This document shows, one piece after another, positions 37,042-45,852 of a stretch of DNA of 64,000 bases (position 1 is its first letter; every line of letters starts with the position of its first letter). This stretch comes from an uncultured Acidimicrobiaceae bacterium (GTDB lineage Bacteria; Actinomycetota; Acidimicrobiia; Acidimicrobiales; RAAP-2). The translations under genes were made by a program, and so were the position numbers. The notes beneath the pieces are model-generated. The model was given only the letters and a program-made list of their open reading frames with translations, was not told where the DNA came from and did not search any database. The stretch spans positions 1,058 to 65,057 of the forward strand of contig CAZULR010000001.1 in assembly GCA_964621235.1 (NCBI GenBank). Direction: 5' to 3'.

Positions 37042-39171
37042 ATGTCGGGGGGAGTGCTCGAGGCTGACCGGACGGCCGGTGGGCCACAAGCCTCGGCCGA
37101 TGTCCGCGCTCCGGCGGGCCGGGACTCGGCCAGCCGTCGACGCTTCGTCGCCGTCGCATCGGCCGGCACGCTGGTCGCGGCTGTTCCCTTCCTCTGGATC
37201 CTCACCAATGAGTGGACCGGCTCGTTCAACCTGCTGCGGAGCAACGCCGGTCCCAATTCGTTCTACGACCTTCAGGCCCAGGCCATCATGCACGGCCACT
37301 TGTGGGTGCCGAACGGAAGCCTGGGGATCGAGGGGTTCCTCCACGGCGGTCACACCTACACGTACTTCGGCTTGCTCCTCTCCCTCTTCCGGATCCCGAT
37401 GATCGCGGTCGCTCCCCGTCTCATCGGTCACCTCGCAGCTCCCTCCATGCTGGTGGCCTGGGTCCTCACGGCGCTGCTCACCTCGATGCTCATCTGGCGC
37501 ATCCGGATCCTGGTCCGGGGGGCCGCCCAACTCGGGTGGGCCGAAGCATGCTCCTACGGCGTACTGGTCACGTCGGTCCTGGCCGGATCGGTGCTGCTGT
37601 TCCTGGCGGCAGCGCCACGTGTTTCTGACGAGGACATCGCCTGGACCGTCCCGATCACCATAGGAGCGCTCTTCGTCTTCATCGGCATCCTCGATCGACC
37701 ATCGGTGTGGCGGGTGCTGGCCGCCGGAGGATTCCTGCTGGCCGGAGCGCTCGAACGCCCTCCCCCGGGCCTGGCCTGCATCGTCGGTGCGCTGCTCATC
37801 TCAGTATGGTTCCTGTCCGGGCGCGGGGGCTCCGCCCAACGACGGTGGGCACTACCGGTGGCCATCGCCGCAGTGGTGCCCTTGGCGGTCTGGTGTCTCG
37901 TCAACTGGTTGAAGTTCGGCACCGTCGTCAACGGTCTGCCGCTCATCGACCAGGTGTGGACCCACGTCAACGCCCATCGGCGCCTGTTCCTGGCAGCCAC
38001 GGGGGGGAAGGGCTACAGCTTCCATTTCCTGCCCACGACCATCTGGGCGTACCTCCAGCCGTTCGGACTCCGCGTGCAGCCGACGTTCCCGTTCCTGACG
38101 CTTCCGGTGGGATCGCCCCACGTCTTCGGTGGCTACGTCGTGGACACACTGAACCCGACAGCCAGCGTGCCGGCCACGATGCCGCTGCTCTTCGGCCTGA
38201 GTGTCTGGGGCGCCATCATGAGCTTTCGTCCGCGGGCGCCGCGTGGCCTGGCGCTGTTGCGGATACCGCTGATCGCTGCCGCGGGGGCCACCGCCGTCGA
38301 CCTGGTGCTTGGCTACATCGCCCCTCGCTACCTGGGAGATTTTCTTCCGTTCCTGATCATCGGTTCGGCGATCGGCATGGTTGAGCTCTGGGGGAGGTGG
38401 GACGGGGGAACACTGGCCCTGAAGCGCACCGTCGTCGCCGTGTTGACCCTGGTCGGGCTGTTCGGACTTGCCGCCAATATCGGGATCGCCCTCTCGCCGA
38501 CCACGGAGTGGACCGCCCGGCAGACGACCAACTACCTCAAGGTGGTCCGAGCGGTGAGCAACATCTCTGGTCACCCACTCGCTCGACAGATCAGGACCGG
38601 GCCCACCCTCCCCGATGGAGCCCCCGCCAACGAAGTGTTCATCGTCGGACAGTGCGAAGGGCTCTACCTCTCCATGGGGCCGCACCTGGCCACATCGCCT
38701 TCGGCAGTGGAGGAACACCGGACGTGGCTGCCGATCGAGCAACGTCCAAACGTCAATACGCAACTCAAAGTCACGTTCAATTCGACGACCGGGCTCGGCA
38801 CCGGCGTGCCGCTCGTGACCTTCGGACCTGACGTCGTATCGGTGCGTTCGGCGGGAGCCGGGGTGAAGTTCGTGGTTCACGATGCCAACTTCCCGATCGT
38901 CGGAAAGAAGTTCGTGCCACAGTTGGGTCACGCCTATGCCGTCCAGATCGAGTTGAACCCGATCCTCCGGCGCGTCGTGGTGCACGTCAACAGTGCCAAG
39001 GTGCTCAAGGGACCCTTGTCCCACGTCGGCAAGGGCAGCACCCCTGTCGTCGTCGCCATCCAACCGTCAGCCGCCACGGGTACGCCTCCGCTGATCGTCG
39101 TCCCACGGAAGACGGCTCCCACGAGCATGGCGCTGTGCCACAGTCTGCTCGCATCGACGAAGCGCGGCTAG
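37042..39171 (+). CDS. large polytopic GT-C-like membrane protein with C-terminal extracytoplasmic domain (paralogue A)
   Basis: 709 aa. About 12 helices over 490 aa, then a roughly 220-aa beta-rich soluble domain. Collinear similarity to 50804..52924, for example VPFLWILTNEWTGSFN / VPFLWVLTNEWTGSYN and HGHLWVPNGSLGIEGFLHGGHTYTYFGLLLS / HGHLWVATGSLGIEGFVHDGRTYTYFGLLLS. Confidence 0.8.
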   Translation: MSGGVLEADRTAGGPQASADVRAPAGRDSASRRRFVAVASAGTLVAAVPFLWILTNEWTGSFNLLRSNAGPNSFYDLQAQAIMHGHLWVPNGSLGIEGFLHGGHTYTYFGLLLSLFRIPMIAVAPRLIGHLAAPSMLVAWVLTALLTSMLIWRIRILVRGAAQLGWAEACSYGVLVTSVLAGSVLLFLAAAPRVSDEDIAWTVPITIGALFVFIGILDRPSVWRVLAAGGFLLAGALERPPPGLACIVGALLISVWFLSGRGGSAQRRWALPVAIAAVVPLAVWCLVNWLKFGTVVNGLPLIDQVWTHVNAHRRLFLAATGGKGYSFHFLPTTIWAYLQPFGLRVQPTFPFLTLPVGSPHVFGGYVVDTLNPTASVPATMPLLFGLSVWGAIMSFRPRAPRGLALLRIPLIAAAGATAVDLVLGYIAPRYLGDFLPFLIIGSAIGMVELWGRWDGGTLALKRTVVAVLTLVGLFGLAANIGIALSPTTEWTARQTTNYLKVVRAVSNISGHPLARQIRTGPTLPDGAPANEVFIVGQCEGLYLSMGPHLATSPSAVEEHRTWLPIEQRPNVNTQLKVTFNSTTGLGTGVPLVTFGPDVVSVRSAGAGVKFVVHDANFPIVGKKFVPQLGHAYAVQIELNPILRRVVVHVNSAKVLKGPLSHVGKGSTPVVVAIQPSAATGTPPLIVVPRKTAPTSMALCHSLLASTKRG

Positions 39172-39179
39172 GGCCTTCC

Positions 39180-39600
39180 CGGAGGCTCAGCCCCGGAGTC
39201 GCGACGCCTGGGACCGGACGGGACGACGTCAGCTCCGTTCGCTCGCGCCTCGACCTGAACGGTCTTGTCGTCGCCATCGGCGAGGACCTCGTCGAAGGGT
39301 CGATGGAGTGGCCGGCGACCTCGGAATCAGCGGTGGCAATGGACGAAAGCAGGACCGCCGTGCGTGCGGCTGAGGTCCACGTGGGCCTCCCGGGCCTCCG
39401 GTACGCGGAGGTCGCAATAGTCGAGTTCGCCAAGTACGTGCGGTTAGCCGCGGCCGGACTATTGGTGTCGCCCGGCGGTGACACTGGTCCACTCGGTGGA
39501 GCCGCGGCCCCACCACTCGTCGTTCCCCGGAATCGGGTGGCATTGGTGAGGGTAGAACGCCGGTGCCTCGGTGTCCGCGGCAGTCGGTGCGGATCGCCCC
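39180..39600 (-). pseudogene. decayed WbsX-type (Glyco_tran_WbsX / GH99-like) gene remnant
   Basis: Reverse strand. [27 protein letters not shown] (39481-39558) matches the WbsX N-terminal box [27 protein letters not shown] and runs into TAG at 39459-39461. A second frame continues LGELDYCDLRVPEAREAHVDLSRTHGGPAFVHCHR-TGA(39327-39329)-FRGRRPLHRPFDEVLADGD. The TGA sits where the family has the Trp of HYWF. The rest of the gene is missing. Confidence 0.55.
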
Positions 39601-39660
39601 CCGAAATGCCCTTGGACGCCGATACGACAGAACGACGTCAGGCCAGCGTGCCGATGCGGG

Positions 39661-40797
39661 TCATGTCGGGCCGGAGCGCCGGGCGCTCCGGAACGTATCG
39701 ATGATCCGCTCCTGGTCGACCGGGTTGAGCGCCGAACCACTCGGCAGGCAGAGACCGCGATCGAAGATGCCGGCTGCCACTGATCCACCCACGACGTGTG
39801 ATCCGGCGAAAGTGGGCTGGAGGTGCAGCGGCTTCCAGGTCGGGCGCGACTCGATGTCCCCGCCTTCGAGGGCCCGTCGGACATCCTCGCGATCCGCTCC
39901 GAAGCGATCCGCGTCGATGCATACACACGTCAGCCAGTAGTTCGGCTCGCCGTACTCGGCGATCGGCATGAAGGTCACACCGGGGAGGTCATCGAGAGCG
40001 GCCCGGTAGTTCGAGTTGATGTGGGCTCGCCGCTCGAGGTGGCCGGGAAGCCCCCGGAGCTGCGCCCGACCGATCGCAGCCAGCAGGTTGCTCAGCCTGT
40101 AGTTGAATCCCAGCTCGGCGTGCTCGTAGTGGGGGTAGGGGAGTCGTGCCTGCGATGCCAGGTACCGGGCACGGTCGGCCAGATCCTCGGAGGGCAGCAC
40201 CAGCATCCCGCCGCCGCTGGTGGTGATGATCTTGTTGCCGTTGAAGGAGAACACCCCGGCCTCGCCCATCGTCCCCGACGATCTCCCCCGGTAGGTGCTC
40301 CCGAGAGCTTCGGCCGCGTCCTCGATCAGGGGAATCCCGTACTGCTCGCACAGTGGGGCCAACGCGTCGTAGTCCGCCATCTGGCCGTAGAGATCCACGG
40401 TCACCAGTGCGGACGGCAGGCGACCGTGCCGAGCCCGCTCGCGGAGTTCAACCTCGACCAGTTCGGGATCGATGGTCCACGTGGCCGGTGCGCAGTCGAC
40501 GAACACGGGTTCGGCGCCCAGATAGCGCACCGCATTGGCCGTGGCGACGAAGGTGAACGTGGGCACCAGCACCTCGTCGCCCGGGCCCACGCCGCTGAGG
40601 AGGAGGGCGAGGTGGAGCGCCGCGGTGCCACTTGACAGTGCCACCGAGGGTCCTCCGTGGATGAACTCGGAGAACTCCCGCTCGAATGCGTCGACGTCGG
40701 GTCCGAGGGGCGCGATCCAATTGGAGTCGAACGCGTCGAGGAGCATCGTGCGTTCCTCGGCCCCCATGGATGGGGGGGAGAGGTAGATTCTCGTCAA
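39661..40797 (-). CDS. DegT/DnrJ/EryC1/StrS-family PLP-dependent sugar aminotransferase
   Basis: 378 aa. [17 protein letters not shown] carries the PLP lysine. The N-terminal [12 protein letters not shown] box is typical of PglE/WecE-like enzymes. Confidence 0.92.
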   Translation of the reverse strand: MTRIYLSPPSMGAEERTMLLDAFDSNWIAPLGPDVDAFEREFSEFIHGGPSVALSSGTAALHLALLLSGVGPGDEVLVPTFTFVATANAVRYLGAEPVFVDCAPATWTIDPELVEVELRERARHGRLPSALVTVDLYGQMADYDALAPLCEQYGIPLIEDAAEALGSTYRGRSSGTMGEAGVFSFNGNKIITTSGGGMLVLPSEDLADRARYLASQARLPYPHYEHAELGFNYRLSNLLAAIGRAQLRGLPGHLERRAHINSNYRAALDDLPGVTFMPIAEYGEPNYWLTCVCIDADRFGADREDVRRALEGGDIESRPTWKPLHLQPTFAGSHVVGGSVAAGIFDRGLCLPSGSALNPVDQERIIDTFRSARRSGPT

Positions 40798-41753
40798 GGG
40801 ACGGCCTCCTGCTCGGGGGAGAGCGCTCCGGACGCTCCGGCCAACACCACCAGCAGCAGGGCTGCGAACCCGTCGACGATGAGTGCGTTCCGGAGCGAGG
40901 ACCGCCGACCGGTCACGACCACCGCCACCGTGATGACCAATTGTAGGCCGAAGTAGGTTCCGGTCGTCGCCAGCGTCGACCAGCCTCTGGCGACCAGAAG
41001 ATCGTACGGGTGTCGGCGGTCACCGTCGACCAACGACCGTCGGCCCCGGATCCTGCGGATCAGGGCGAATGCCACCTCGGCGACCGGGATGGCGACCAGA
41101 CCTGCGGTGGCCACGCCGAGCGTCGTCGACTCCCCGGGAGCCCACGCGCCGGAAACCATTACGGCAAGTGCCGTGCCGAGGAGATAGGCACCGCCGTCCC
41201 CCAGGTAGATCCTGGCCGGCGGCCGGTTGAACACGAGGAATCCGGCGAGGGAGGCGGCGAGCGCCACGGGCAGGAGTCGATCCGGACCGACGAGCAACAG
41301 GGCGAAGCCGATCGCGCCGAGTCCGACCACCCCCGAGGCAAGCATGTCCATCCCGTCGAGGAGATTGGCGCCGTTGATCAGCAGCACCGTGATCGGGATG
41401 ATGAGGACGGCGACGATACCGGGCACATGGAGGGGGCAGACCACGAGCACCACACCGCCGATGACGAGCTCCGCTCCCAGGCGCAGGGCGGGGGGAAGGC
41501 CGCGCTTGTCGTCGGCGATGCCGAGGGCCAGCGCCAGCAGGAGGGGAACGAGCACGGAGACCCGGTGACCGAACATGCCGACTGCGACTCCGGCCATGAC
41601 GGCCGCACCACCCAGGTACGGGACCGACGATGACTGGGACTTCAGGGGACCGGGCCGATCCACGATCCCGGTGCGCCGGGCCACCACGATGGCGACCGGT
41701 GTCGCCGCCAACGTCGTCGCCAGTGCGAGGAGGGCGACCACCACGACGTTCAT
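40794..41753 (-). CDS. polyprenyl-phosphate HexNAc-1-phosphate transferase (MraY/WecA family, initiating enzyme)
   Basis: ORF 40794..41786. ATG 41753 overlaps the upstream stop (ATGA). VDRPGPLKSQSSSVPYLGG, IADDKRGLP, NGANLLDGMDMLASG and IYLGDGGAYLLG. Confidence 0.9.
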   Translation of the reverse strand: MNVVVVALLALATTLAATPVAIVVARRTGIVDRPGPLKSQSSSVPYLGGAAVMAGVAVGMFGHRVSVLVPLLLALALGIADDKRGLPPALRLGAELVIGGVVLVVCPLHVPGIVAVLIIPITVLLINGANLLDGMDMLASGVVGLGAIGFALLLVGPDRLLPVALAASLAGFLVFNRPPARIYLGDGGAYLLGTALAVMVSGAWAPGESTTLGVATAGLVAIPVAEVAFALIRRIRGRRSLVDGDRRHPYDLLVARGWSTLATTGTYFGLQLVITVAVVVTGRRSSLRNALIVDGFAALLLVVLAGASGALSPEQEAVP

Positions 41754-42388
41754 GACGATGGACCCCCATCCGGTGGCCGCCGCCACTGCATGAGCAACGA
41801 CACCGTGCCGGCGTGCAGCTCGAACCGACCGGCCACCACGAAGCCGGCACGCCCGTAGAAGCGGACAGCCCCGACGTTGTCGGCCGCTACCACGACGTGC
41901 GCCGCGTCACGACCGTCCCCTGTCGCCCGATCCAGGAAGGCACGGATGAGGGACTCGCCCACGCCCTCCCCCTGCCGGCCCGGGTCGACGGCGATAGCCA
42001 GCAATTCGACCCCGGATCCACGGGGACCGTCCGATCCGGTGCCGTGCCGGAGCGTCTCGAGCGCGGATCGCCAGTGGCGTAGCAGTCGTCCGGCCGATGC
42101 CCAGGCCACCCGGAGGCCGTCGTGGACGAGGAAGTCGCGGTACAGGGCCCCGACATCCGCTGATCCGGCGACGAACCCGACGACCCCACCGTTGTCCTCG
42201 GCGACCATCAGGAACGAACCGGGTGACAGGCAGATCCGGCGGTAGAGGTGCGAGAGGAAGCTCGGTCCGAGCAACGAGAGGAACCCACCTCGGATCTGCC
42301 CGCTGTGGAGTCGGGCCACGGCGGCTGCGTCAGTGCCCGCTCCCGGGCGGATTCGCCAGGCGTCCCGGTCCGACGGGGGAGCTGTCAC
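41750..42388 (-). CDS. GNAT-family N-acetyltransferase
   Basis: 212 aa. LLAIAVDPGRQGEGVGESLI (acetyl-CoA Q/RxxGxG/A motif) and VGAVRFYGRAGF. Confidence 0.85.
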   Translation of the reverse strand: MTAPPSDRDAWRIRPGAGTDAAAVARLHSGQIRGGFLSLLGPSFLSHLYRRICLSPGSFLMVAEDNGGVVGFVAGSADVGALYRDFLVHDGLRVAWASAGRLLRHWRSALETLRHGTGSDGPRGSGVELLAIAVDPGRQGEGVGESLIRAFLDRATGDGRDAAHVVVAADNVGAVRFYGRAGFVVAGRFELHAGTVSLLMQWRRPPDGGPSS

Positions 42389-42608
42389 GGCAGGTCGAGG
42401 GGCAATCCGCTGACGTCACGAGTCGTCCCGCCCGTCGCCTCCAGAGAGTCGCCGACGCCAGCTCCACGTGGGTTGACCTGCACGGTGGACCCCATCGTCA
42501 TCTCCTTCGGCTCCGGGGGTGGTCCGCGCCCCAGCGCCGCGGCTGCACCCTCCGGTCCGTCAATTGGGCCTTTTCCGGCGTGAATTCCATGGAGTAAGTT
42601 AGGTTGCC

Positions 42609-43544
42609 ATGGAATCGGGCACGGGGCTGGGGGCGACAGGACAGTACCAACTGTCCCATCTGCGAACAATCGAGGCACAATCGATTCACATCATCCGGGA
42701 AGTGGCGGCCGAGTTCGAGCGACCCGTCCTGCTGTTCTCCGGTGGCAAGGACTCGGTGGTGATGCTGCGGCTGGCCCAGAAGGCCTTCTGGCCCGGGCGG
42801 ATTCCGTTCCCGGTGATGCACATCGACACCGGACACAATTTTCCTGAAGTCCTCGAGTTCCGCGATCGCATCGTCGCCGAGTTGGAGGCCTCGCTACTGG
42901 TCGCCTCCGTCCAGCAGTCGATCGACGCCGGCAGGTCAGTCGACGAGCCCGGACCGAATCCGTCCCGCAACCGGCTGCAGACGCGGACCCTCCTCGACGC
43001 CATCACCGAGTACAAGTTCGACGCCGTCTTCGGGGGGGCCCGCCGGGACGAGGAGAAGGCCCGGGCCAAGGAACGGGTGTACTCCTTCCGCGACGAATTC
43101 GGCCAGTGGGAGCCGAAGAACCAGCGCCCGGAACTTTGGTCGCTGTACAACGGCCGTCACCAGAGTGGCGAACACATCCGGGTGTTTCCGATCTCGGACT
43201 GGACGGAGCTCGACGTCTGGCAGTACGTGGGAGAAGAGGGCCTCGATCTCCCGAGCATCTACTACTCACACCGCCGAGAGGTCTTCCGCCGGGACGGCAT
43301 GCTCCTTGCCAAAGGACCGTTCGTGTCGGTGGCATCGGACGAGGAGCAGTTCGAAGCAACGGTTCGCTATCGGACCGTAGGGGACATGACCTGTACCGGG
43401 GCCGTCGAGTCCTACGCTGCGACGGTCGACGACATCATCCTGGAGGTGGCGGCGTCCCGACTCACGGAGCGTGGAGCGACCCGGGCGGACGATCGGGCGA
43501 GTGAAGCTTCGATGGAGGATCGCAAGCGAGAGGGCTACTTCTGA
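42609..43544 (+). CDS. cysD: sulfate adenylyltransferase subunit 2
   Basis: 311 aa. LSHLRTIEAQSIHIIREVAAEFERPVLLFSGGKDSVVMLRLAQKAFWPGRIPFPVMHIDTGHNF is collinear with E. coli CysD. Confidence 0.95.
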   Translation: MESGTGLGATGQYQLSHLRTIEAQSIHIIREVAAEFERPVLLFSGGKDSVVMLRLAQKAFWPGRIPFPVMHIDTGHNFPEVLEFRDRIVAELEASLLVASVQQSIDAGRSVDEPGPNPSRNRLQTRTLLDAITEYKFDAVFGGARRDEEKARAKERVYSFRDEFGQWEPKNQRPELWSLYNGRHQSGEHIRVFPISDWTELDVWQYVGEEGLDLPSIYYSHRREVFRRDGMLLAKGPFVSVASDEEQFEATVRYRTVGDMTCTGAVESYAATVDDIILEVAASRLTERGATRADDRASEASMEDRKREGYF

Positions 43545-44794
43545 TGGAACTCCTGCGCTTTGCCACTGCGGGGTCGGTCGACGACGGCAAGAGCACGTTG
43601 ATCGGACGTCTGCTCTACGACTCCAAGGCGATTTTCGAAGATCAGCTCGAGGCGGTCGAACGTGTCAGCGTCCAGCGTGGAAACGACTACACGGATCTCG
43701 CGCTCCTGACCGACGGACTGCGGGCGGAGCGGGAGCAGGGCATCACCATCGACGTCGCCTACCGCTATTTCGCCACCCCGGCCCGGAAGTTCATCATCGC
43801 CGATACTCCCGGGCACATCCAGTACACGCGCAACATGGTGACCGGGAACTCGACTGCCGACCTGACCATCGTGTTGATCGACGCCCGGAAGGGCATCGTC
43901 GAACAGACCCGGCGCCATGCGTTCCTGGCCTCACTGCTCCGGGTCCCGCACCTCTTGATCTGTGTCAACAAGATGGACCTGGTCGACTATGACCAGGGGG
44001 TCTTCGACGCCATCCGGGAGGAGTTCACGGCGTTCGCCAGCCGCCTTGAAGTCGCCGACATGACGTTCATCCCCATCTCGGCGCTGCAGGGCGACAATGT
44101 AGTGCAGCGTTCGGTCAACATGGACTGGTACGAGGGCGCATCCCTGCTGCACCACCTCGAGCAGGTCTACATCTCCTCGGACCGCAATCTGATCGACCCC
44201 CGACTCCCGGTGCAGTGGGTGGTCCGGCCCCAGGCCACGGACTGGCCTGACTACCGTGGCTACGCCGGTCGGATCGAGGGTGGCGTGTTCCGTCCGGGGG
44301 ACGAGGTGTTGGTGCTCCCTTCCGGACTGACGACGACCGTCGCCGCCATCGACACCTATGACGGTCCGGTCGAGGAGGCCTTCGCGCCGATGTCGGTCAC
44401 CGTGCGCTTGACCGAGGACATCGACGTATCGCGTGGCGACCTCATCTGTCGTCCGAACAACCGTCCGGTGGTGGGACAGGACCTCGACGCCATGGTGTGC
44501 TGGATGACCGAGCGACCGCTGCGAAAGGGCGACTTCTTCGCCTTGAAGCACACGACCCGATGGGTGAGGGCCGTGGTACGGGACGTGCACTACCGCCTGG
44601 ACGTGAACACACTCCATCGGGACGAAGATGCCTCGTCACTCGGCCTCAACGACGTGGGACGGGTGAGCTTCCGTGTGACGAAGCCGCTCTTCTACGACAG
44701 CTACCGCAGGAACCGTCACACCGGATCGTTCATCCTGGCCGCCGAGGACACGAATGTCACGGCCGGAGCGGGCATGCTGCTCGGTCCCGACTGA
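43544..44794 (+). CDS. cysN: sulfate adenylyltransferase subunit 1 (GTPase)
   Basis: 416 aa. G1 GSVDDGKST, G3 DTPGH, G4 NKMD. Its start overlaps the cysD stop (TGATG). Confidence 0.95.
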   Translation: MELLRFATAGSVDDGKSTLIGRLLYDSKAIFEDQLEAVERVSVQRGNDYTDLALLTDGLRAEREQGITIDVAYRYFATPARKFIIADTPGHIQYTRNMVTGNSTADLTIVLIDARKGIVEQTRRHAFLASLLRVPHLLICVNKMDLVDYDQGVFDAIREEFTAFASRLEVADMTFIPISALQGDNVVQRSVNMDWYEGASLLHHLEQVYISSDRNLIDPRLPVQWVVRPQATDWPDYRGYAGRIEGGVFRPGDEVLVLPSGLTTTVAAIDTYDGPVEEAFAPMSVTVRLTEDIDVSRGDLICRPNNRPVVGQDLDAMVCWMTERPLRKGDFFALKHTTRWVRAVVRDVHYRLDVNTLHRDEDASSLGLNDVGRVSFRVTKPLFYDSYRRNRHTGSFILAAEDTNVTAGAGMLLGPD

Positions 44795-44813
44795 GTCGGG
44801 ACGTCAGCGGACG

Positions 44814-45443
44814 GTGTCATCGAACATCACCTGGCACGCGGGCCACGTCAGTTCCTCTGATCGGTCCCTTGCCGTCACGAGCCGGGGAGCGACGCTGTGG
44901 CTGACCGGGCTGTCCGGTTCAGGGAAGTCGACTCTGGCCGCGGCGGTCGAGCACCGACTGGTGCTCGAAGGTCGCGCCGCCTACCGCCTCGATGGGGACA
45001 ACCTGCGCTCGGGCCTCAACGGTGACCTGGGGTTCGACCGGGAGGCCCGCGAGGAGAATGGTCGTCGGGTCGGCGAGGTGGCCCGGCTCTTCGCCGATGC
45101 CGGACTCGTCGCTGTGGTCGCGATCATCAGCCCCTACGCAGAGTCCAGGGCCCACGTCCGGGCGATCCACGAGACCTCGGGCCTGCCCTTCGTCGAGGTC
45201 TACCTGACCGCATCGGCGGAGCAGTGTGCGGAGAGGGATCCGAAGGGGCTGTACGCACAGGCCTCTCGCGGCGATCTGTCCAGCTTCACCGGAATCGACG
45301 ATCCCTATGAGGTCCCGGCGTCACCCGATCTGGTCATCGACCCGGACGTCGGCGTCGAGGAGGCCGTCGACCTCGTGCTGTCCGCTCTGAACCGCGCGAC
45401 CGGCGCGGTCCAGAGCGGCACTGACGCCGCAGCTCATCCCTAG
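44814..45443 (+). CDS. cysC: adenylyl-sulfate (APS) kinase
   Basis: ORF 44754..45443. GTG 44814 (VSSNITWHAGHV) lies just after the cysN stop. P-loop LWLTGLSGSGKST. It is a separate ORF, not fused to cysN. Confidence 0.9.
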   Translation: MSSNITWHAGHVSSSDRSLAVTSRGATLWLTGLSGSGKSTLAAAVEHRLVLEGRAAYRLDGDNLRSGLNGDLGFDREAREENGRRVGEVARLFADAGLVAVVAIISPYAESRAHVRAIHETSGLPFVEVYLTASAEQCAERDPKGLYAQASRGDLSSFTGIDDPYEVPASPDLVIDPDVGVEEAVDLVLSALNRATGAVQSGTDAAAHP

Positions 45444-45852
45444 GGTCCAGAGCCGGCAGAGAGGGACTCCACCCGCCGAGACGTTGTGGCGTTGACGAGT
45501 GCCCAACGGGGAGACACGGGCGACCGGGGATTGACTCCGAAGTCATAGCCGTGTGGAGCTTGGATCGACAGGAATTCCAGGAGGTCCGCCTCGAGGATGG
45601 GTCGGCCGATGAACGTGCCGTGTTCGAAAAGACCGGCTGAAGGTATGGCTTCCATCACTCAGTCCTCGGCCCCGAGGCCGCCGACCGTCTCAGCCTCGAG
45701 CGCGGTTGTGCGAGACCGAATCATGCGCGATCCGGTGCGCCGGGCGAGTGGCGACAGCGGTTGCCTCAAGAGCACTTGTACCGGTTCAAGGAACTGACGG
45801 GCGATCTGGTCGTACGGCTGGGATTCGACGACGACCCTGATCGCTGAGTGGT

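Noticed and set aside
39135-39704. 189-aa plus-strand ORF and the minus-strand ORFs 39005..39484 and 39229..39543 filling the 39.2-39.66 kb gap
   Set aside because: All are Arg/Pro-rich with no motifs. The only protein-like strings in this gap belong to the WbsX relic read across two other partial frames.
42411-42418. TGACGTCA palindrome in the divergent region between the GNAT operon and cysD, considered as a CRP/CRE-like operator
   Set aside because: It is a single 8-nt palindrome in GC-rich DNA and is expected by chance. There are no flanking half-site extensions or repeats.
45659-45661. In-frame TGA joining ORFs 45659..45943 and 45440..45658, considered as a recoding or selenocysteine site
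   Set aside because: There is no SECIS-like hairpin immediately downstream, and no Cys-homologous context or redox motif. The flanking sequence looks like a degraded gene, so a nonsense mutation in a relic is more parsimonious.
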